Shown here: positions 58,857-64,000 of the stretch, in pieces | Numbering within the stretch: position 1 is the first letter of the stretch | Layout: each line of letters begins with the position of its first letter | Virus record (IMG/VR): IMGVR_UViG_3300023710_000222 | Strand: one strand, 5' to 3' | Length of the DNA: 64,000 bases | From: an uncultured virus (IMG/VR IMGVR_UViG_3300023710_000222) | Taxonomy: Duplodnaviria; Heunggongvirae; Uroviricota; Caudoviricetes | Notes under the pieces: generated by a model | What the model was told of the DNA's origin: nothing | What the model saw: the letters and a program-made list of their open reading frames with translations, nothing else | The model's database searches: none | Made by a program: the position numbers and the translations under genes

Positions 58857-58936
58857 TGTCAAAAATCTCACTTGTTTTATGGCCGAATATGTCAAAAATC
58901 TCACTTCTTTAACCATTCTATATGTCAAAAATCTCA
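58857..58936. repeat. Three 14-bp direct repeats at an exact 33-bp period
   Basis: TGTCAAAAATCTCA at 58857, 58890 and 58923. Confidence 0.95.
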
Positions 58937-58943
58937 TTAAATA

Positions 58944-59369
58944 TCACATTTCGACAGGAACCAGTGTCTTTCGTCCTATGAGCGTCACTTCATAGGTATA
59001 TCCGGCCTTTTCCTCACTTGGAGTTCCAAGGCTTCCTGTACGCTTGATGGTTGGATAAGGAGCCTCCAAGTGGCCGATAAGGTAGCTATGCCCGTTCACA
59101 TCCTGAACCACAAAGGCCAGATGGTGACGGACAGGCAGCTCACCAGTTGAAATGAAGGTGAGGGTAGTACGCTCGCTCTGTGTGTGGCTGTCATACTCCG
59201 ATTCCGTGATACATGTCGGATTGCCTGAGAAGCAAACCGATGTCATGCTTTCATAGATGGCCACTGGAATACCAGCGAGACTTTTCATTTCGATGTTCTT
59301 TGGCAATGCCGAACATTCGAGGTAGCTGATGGCAATGATGCCAGGAAGTGATTGTTTCGTTTGGCTCAT
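58944..59369 (-). CDS. Phage hypothetical protein, 141 aa
   Basis: SLPGIIAI..FVVQDVNG.SYLIG..PYP. Confidence 0.65.
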   Translation of the reverse strand: MSQTKQSLPGIIAISYLECSALPKNIEMKSLAGIPVAIYESMTSVCFSGNPTCITESEYDSHTQSERTTLTFISTGELPVRHHLAFVVQDVNGHSYLIGHLEAPYPTIKRTGSLGTPSEEKAGYTYEVTLIGRKTLVPVEM

Positions 59370-59477
59370 AAAATATATAGTTTAAATGATGTATTTTGTG
59401 CTCGAAAAAGCGAAAGGACAAATTAAGAAAAGTGCGTATGTCTTTTTTAATGTTTATTGAGAGAAATCAGGGCTGTT

Positions 59478-59984
59478 TTACATTTTTTTACTTTTGGATG
59501 TTCCCTTATGTGCTTTATTGGCTTTTACATTGATGTCTGTCGGCTTTTCAAACAGATGTCCTTTTCTAATCCTTATTTTCATCAGTGTTTCCAGATTCGT
59601 TGTGTCATCTTCAATTCCATTACGTGCCATGAACTCAATGATTCTTGATTTATAGGTAGGCAAGTCTGGGTTTGGAGTAGCCAGGAACTCGAAAAACTCT
59701 CTCAGGAACTTGTGTGTTAGCATCTGCCGGAGTTTTACGAGGTGGTAATATGGAATATAACACCAGGTACTTGGGTAAAAGCCTTCTCTTCTTGGAACCA
59801 AGATAGCTATACATGATTCGTCATGTACAGGTTTCCAATGTTTAGGCTTCCGTTGTAGATGATCCTGAAGAAAGTCTGTTTCTTTAGACCATTTAGGAAA
59901 GGTTATAGGCTCTTCGCCATACTTGTGGAGAATCCATTGCCGAAGGTATTTCTCCATTCTAATGTACAATACATGCTTTGCCAT
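59478..59984 (-). CDS. Basic hypothetical protein, 168 aa
   Basis: ORF between the replication and head modules; IRMEKYLRQW N-terminus. Confidence 0.6.
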   Translation of the reverse strand: MAKHVLYIRMEKYLRQWILHKYGEEPITFPKWSKETDFLQDHLQRKPKHWKPVHDESCIAILVPRREGFYPSTWCYIPYYHLVKLRQMLTHKFLREFFEFLATPNPDLPTYKSRIIEFMARNGIEDDTTNLETLMKIRIRKGHLFEKPTDINVKANKAHKGTSKSKKM

Positions 59985-60239
59985 TTTTAATACGAAAAGT
60001 TATAGGGGTTCAACAAAATGCCTTCTATGCACTCCTCGTATATAAGGCCAACATGCACAACTACATTGACCGCATTGATTTTATCACTGTTTGCCCATTT
60101 CTTATTGATTATTTTTAGCTTAAAAGTAAAAAGTCCATACCATTTTGAAAGGAACAACTTACTGCTATATGTTTGTCCGATTGTCCTAATAATAATATAT
60201 AAATGCTCGCACGCGCGAGACACATTCTGACGCGCCACA

Positions 60240-60452
60240 TCGGCTACATTGCTACAGAAAATGCAACATGCTGATAATGAGACTATATATAGAATTTTAT
60301 ATAGAATCATATATATAGAATCATGTAGAATATGTAGGCCAATCACCTTTTTTGTAGGCAATTTGTAGGCGCTTGTAGGCAATTTGTAGGCAAATTCCGC
60401 AAGGCTAAGGTGTTGGCACTGAGTATGTAGCATTTGTAGCACTTGTAGCAAG
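60240..60452. repeat. Iteron-like TGTAG(G)C array and AT-rich tract, putative replication origin
   Basis: TGTAG at 60324, 60333, 60353, 60364, 60374, 60385, 60426, 60435 and 60444; inverted CTACA copies near 60244-60255; TATAGAAT repeats. Confidence 0.6.
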
Positions 60453-60464
60453 GAAAATCGGGGT

Positions 60465-63400
60465 CTATTCCATTCTATCGAACAAATCAGGGGTTGTTTC
60501 CTGCTCGATCTGGGATGTATCCAGCAGATTGATTTGGTAATTCTTCACTAACTCGTCATAGTCGAAGCAGTAGGCACGCTGCACCTCTTCGACGTGTCTG
60601 CTCTTATCTCCTGGGAACTTCGGCGTACTCATCTTGGGTATGCCGCCCTTCAGGAAGCACTTGAAGCGTACAGACTTCTTCTCACCGAGATATTCCTTCG
60701 ACTTTTCGAGGTAATACTTCAGCGAGGCTTCTGGGATGCCCACCTCGTCCGTCATCTTATTGGAGCGTTTGTACAGCTTGAAGATACGCGACTTCTGGAG
60801 GAACAACACCCTCTTTGATGCTGGCCAGTCCGCATTCGTCACGATGTCCGTTGTCAGCGAGGTAACCGTCTTGATGCAGAAGTCACCTTCATTGATTATC
60901 TCGCCCTCAGAAAGCAGGTACTTGACAGTACGCCAGAACCCGGCCAGCTCATTGTTGGACTTACATTCTGCGTTCTGCCGCTTGATGCCATCGATGATGA
61001 CAGGCTTCATGGACTCATAATGAATATCGATGGCCAGGCTTGATTCCAGCGTCCTCTGCACGGCCAGCAGAATCGTCCAATTGTTCCTGATTCGATCCTC
61101 GATTCGTTCACCTTCCAGTGCAGCGTCCATCTCCGACTGTGTCATCCTATAGAAGTCCTTGAACTCCACTTCCATCTTCTTGCGATGGCGAAGCAGCTGC
61201 AGTGTCAGGTGCGAGACACCCAATGAACGCATCTCCTTCAGGCGGTTGTATTCCGCCTGCTGTTCCTTCGTAAACTCCGATGTGTCGAAGGTCAGATACA
61301 CGAAACGCGAGAACAGTGCGATGTCAGCCGTGGCCATCTCCTGGCCGGAGAGGATGATGCCCGCATCGACGCTGGTTGTCTCTTTCTTCTTGTCAAGATC
61401 CATGTTCATCCTGGTTCGTCCTGTGCCGTCCCACAGGCCCTTCAGGAACTCACGCTTGTAGAGATCGATGTCATTCTTGAACTCATCGATATGCACCAGG
61501 GCATTGCTGACAGCCGCCACCGTGTCATTCAATGCCGGAAGCGTAGCGTTCTGTATATTCGGCGGCACATTCCCGATGATGAAGAAGCTCATCAGCGTAT
61601 GTCCCAGCTCAGACTTACCCGAACCTTTCGGGCCGAAGAGATTGAGGATAGGGAAGGAGCGCGTTTCAGCCGTCACGATGTCCCGGAAGAGCGTAGCCAT
61701 CAGGAAACAGAACCCTATGCGTCCGTTATCCCCGAACACGCGGAATATCTGCCCTGTGAAGTCAACCAGCGGCAGTGTGGAATATCCCATGTGTACAAAC
61801 GTCTTCTCAAACTTATAGAGTTTGTTGTCCTTCTTATACTGCTGGGAGAAAGCGGGAAGGTAATAGTTGCCGATTTCCCCAAGCCTGACGATGCCCATGT
61901 CATCCACCTTCTGGAACTCCACGCCGTCCCATACACCGTTTCCGAAGGCGAAGAAGCCTTCCCGCTGCCAGCCCAGCTGCTTGACTTCCTCTGCCGTTTC
62001 CGTCACCTCGTAGAGGAAACGCTTCAGCTTCGTAAACTCGCGGTCGGTTGCCATCCAGAGGAAGTTACCCAGGCCTTCTATCTTCTGCTTGAATTTCGAC
62101 AGTCCCACAAGCTCCTCCTGACGCAGTTCCACCAGTTTCTTCAGCCCGAACTCATTCTTGATATAGTAGAGACGTTTGGGCATGATGTTGTCTATGATGT
62201 GGAACAGCGGTTGCATGGTGAAGTTCGACCATTCCCATTCATCACCGTCCTTGGTCGTGGAACAGTACTTACCTTTCTTGATATAGAAGCCGTACTGCTG
62301 CAGCTGCTCCAGATTGATTTCCCGTTCCTTCTTCGGCAGTCCGGCTTTTTCGTTTGCGATGCGCTTCTGGTCGTTTACAGCTCCACGCCAAAGCGCTTCC
62401 TTCTTTCCGCTCTTCTCAGCCAGCTCATCAATGAGCATGGCCTGTTCCGTATCTGACGGCACCATGGCCACCAGTCCTGCCAGTTCTGCCACGACAGTAG
62501 CCTTGGCCTCCGTCGTCTTTGCTCTTTCAAAACGCAGATCTGCCAGCCACAGGATGAAGTCACGTTCTTCAAGGCCGTTGAAGTGCTTCATGTCTCGGCA
62601 GTATTCGTCAGGATCCTGTTTCTCTCCGCTCTCTCCGAGCGGGATAGGCTTCACGGACACTGCGAATCCGGCTTTCATGGCCTCTGTGCCGTTCTTGATG
62701 ACCGCCTTTGTCCCTGCTCCGAACTCATCCCCGGCTTTCACTGGGTCGGCATCAGGAAGGAAGCAAATCTTATGTGCTATGCGCTTCAGCTGCTGGAACT
62801 GCGCATCTGTCCATGCCGTTCCCAGAGGGGCTACCGTATTGACCACTCCAATCTGCTGAAGCCTCATGCAGTCCGGCGCTCCCTCGACAGCGTACACCTT
62901 CTGTTCCTTGGCCGCTATGCGCCTGGCAGAATGGAAGCCGAAGAGGACATCCCCTTTATGATAGATAGGCGTGTCAGCACCATTGAGGTATTTGGACTTC
63001 GATGTGCCAGTCAAATCCCTGCCCGTGTAGTTGATGACACGCCCCATGCGGTCCTTTATCGGGATCATGATACGGGAGCGGAAGAAGTCATACCATTTAC
63101 CCTGTTCGTCCAGCCCCACGAGACTGAGCGCTTTCAGACGATCCAGGCTCTCGCCGTTCTTCTGCGCCCAGTCCACAAGGACGTTTCCCTTCGGCGCATA
63201 GCCGATACCTTCCTCCTCGCAGTATTCCGCTCCCCATCGGCCATGAGCGTATTCCTGGGCTTCCTCATCCTCCCGGAACATCGCCTTATATAGTGCATCC
63301 ACACGCGCCATCAGGCTCAGGTATGCCTCTCGTTCAAGGCGGGCATTCTTCTCGTCTTCTGTTTCCTCCTTATCCTCAATCTTGATATTCAGTTTGTCGG

Positions 63401-63668
63401 CCAGCACCTTCACGGCTGCAGGAAAGTCCAGATGGTCGTAGTCCATCACGAAGCCAATGGCGTTCCCATAAGCCCCGCAGCCGAAGCAGCGATAGGTGCC
63501 TTTCAGCTCATCCACCTTGAACGATGGTGTCTTCTCTGTATGGAAGGGGCAGCAGCCGACATGGTATTTGCTGCGTCCTCTTCTGCTCAGGGTAATGCCG
63601 TAGTCTGTAATGACATCCACGATATTCGACCTGTCAAGCACCTGTTCTATGATACTTTCCTTAATCAT
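60465..63668 (-). CDS. DnaG-type primase fused to a C-terminal P-loop (helicase-like) domain
   Basis: CPFHTEKTPSF..CFGC zinc finger, SKYLN, VEGAPD, DAD toprim, KQDPDE, GPKGSGKS and IDEF motifs; start likely MIKES (63668). Confidence 0.92.
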   Translation of the reverse strand: MIKESIIEQVLDRSNIVDVITDYGITLSRRGRSKYHVGCCPFHTEKTPSFKVDELKGTYRCFGCGAYGNAIGFVMDYDHLDFPAAVKVLADKLNIKIEDKEETEDEKNARLEREAYLSLMARVDALYKAMFREDEEAQEYAHGRWGAEYCEEEGIGYAPKGNVLVDWAQKNGESLDRLKALSLVGLDEQGKWYDFFRSRIMIPIKDRMGRVINYTGRDLTGTSKSKYLNGADTPIYHKGDVLFGFHSARRIAAKEQKVYAVEGAPDCMRLQQIGVVNTVAPLGTAWTDAQFQQLKRIAHKICFLPDADPVKAGDEFGAGTKAVIKNGTEAMKAGFAVSVKPIPLGESGEKQDPDEYCRDMKHFNGLEERDFILWLADLRFERAKTTEAKATVVAELAGLVAMVPSDTEQAMLIDELAEKSGKKEALWRGAVNDQKRIANEKAGLPKKEREINLEQLQQYGFYIKKGKYCSTTKDGDEWEWSNFTMQPLFHIIDNIMPKRLYYIKNEFGLKKLVELRQEELVGLSKFKQKIEGLGNFLWMATDREFTKLKRFLYEVTETAEEVKQLGWQREGFFAFGNGVWDGVEFQKVDDMGIVRLGEIGNYYLPAFSQQYKKDNKLYKFEKTFVHMGYSTLPLVDFTGQIFRVFGDNGRIGFCFLMATLFRDIVTAETRSFPILNLFGPKGSGKSELGHTLMSFFIIGNVPPNIQNATLPALNDTVAAVSNALVHIDEFKNDIDLYKREFLKGLWDGTGRTRMNMDLDKKKETTSVDAGIILSGQEMATADIALFSRFVYLTFDTSEFTKEQQAEYNRLKEMRSLGVSHLTLQLLRHRKKMEVEFKDFYRMTQSEMDAALEGERIEDRIRNNWTILLAVQRTLESSLAIDIHYESMKPVIIDGIKRQNAECKSNNELAGFWRTVKYLLSEGEIINEGDFCIKTVTSLTTDIVTNADWPASKRVLFLQKSRIFKLYKRSNKMTDEVGIPEASLKYYLEKSKEYLGEKKSVRFKCFLKGGIPKMSTPKFPGDKSRHVEEVQRAYCFDYDELVKNYQINLLDTSQIEQETTPDLFDRME

Positions 63669-63718
63669 CTTGCATCTTATTACAGTCTGTTTCCCAAAAT
63701 TGCCACGGATGGCTGGCT

Positions 63719-63988
63719 TCACAGCTTGCCAGCCGTGGACTTTTCACTTATACATACTCCCTCAAAAAGGGAGCTAAACAATGTCTGTTCGCTGATATAC
63801 CAGAGCTTCCCCTTCTTGACGGCCCCTTTGATTTCTCCTTTGGCGAACTTGTTATTTACTTCCTTCACGGTAAGCCCCAGCTTCTGTGCCACCTGCTCCG
63901 CCGTGAAGAAGTTATAGTTGATTGCCCGTTTCTCTATTTCCTCTACGATGAGGTGGGCGAGGGTAGAAAGCTCAATGCTACTTAACAT
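63719..63988 (-). CDS. Excisionase-like HTH protein
   Basis: FFTAEQVAQKLGLT...GEIKGAVKKGKLWYISE (HTH_17-like). Confidence 0.75.
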   Translation of the reverse strand: MLSSIELSTLAHLIVEEIEKRAINYNFFTAEQVAQKLGLTVKEVNNKFAKGEIKGAVKKGKLWYISEQTLFSSLFEGVCISEKSTAGKL

Positions 63989-64000
63989 GGCGAACCTCCT

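Larger units (their letters stand above)
1..63988. mobile_element. Bacteroidales prophage / phage-like integrative element carrying a defence island
   Basis: Integrase and xis-like gene at opposite ends; primase, Clp protease, capsid-like, terminase, portal-like, tape measure, amidase and holin genes; TAnnTTTG promoter motifs typical of Bacteroidetes. att sites not seen (probably outside the window). Confidence 0.85.

Noticed and set aside
58857..58936. Mini-CRISPR
   Set aside because: A 14-bp repeat and 19-nt spacers are too short and no cas genes are present; kept only as a phased repeat
59410..59420. Sixth late promoter
   Set aside because: One mismatch in the 11-mer and no TAnnTTTG at the 17-nt spacing
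1..64000. attL/attR, tRNA, rRNA, relaxase or T4SS genes
   Set aside because: None recognised; the window begins at the integrase start and ends just past the xis-like gene, so att sites are probably outside it

Overview
The window looks like an almost complete Bacteroidales (Prevotella-like) temperate prophage or phage-like element. It runs from a tyrosine integrase at the left edge to an excisionase-like HTH gene at the right edge. Nearly all genes are on the minus strand. Read right to left they are: xis-like HTH, primase-helicase and an ori-like repeat region; Clp protease, capsid, duplicated tail-tube-like genes and terminase; a ~24 kb defence island (WYL regulator, type 1 BREX with a SIR2-like gene inserted, then helicase, ADP-ribosylglycohydrolase-like and small unknown genes); portal operon; umuC/umuD-vat-trxA-HD cargo; tail and lysis genes; ardA; tape measure. 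The non-coding DNA holds the most striking signals. (1) Five promoters share TGTCTTTTCGC-N17-TAnnTTTG in front of structural operons. (2) The same inverted-repeat operator sits at the same spacing in the brxR promoter and in a lipoprotein promoter 23 kb away. (3) Two ~250-nt fold-back elements resembling ssDNA promoters precede ardA and a three-gene unknown operon. (4) A ~1 kb run of long hairpins has its own promoter motif. (5) There are 100-bp, ~150-bp and 33-bp periodic repeat arrays. All protein calls come from motif recognition and gene context by eye; no database search or folding program was run.
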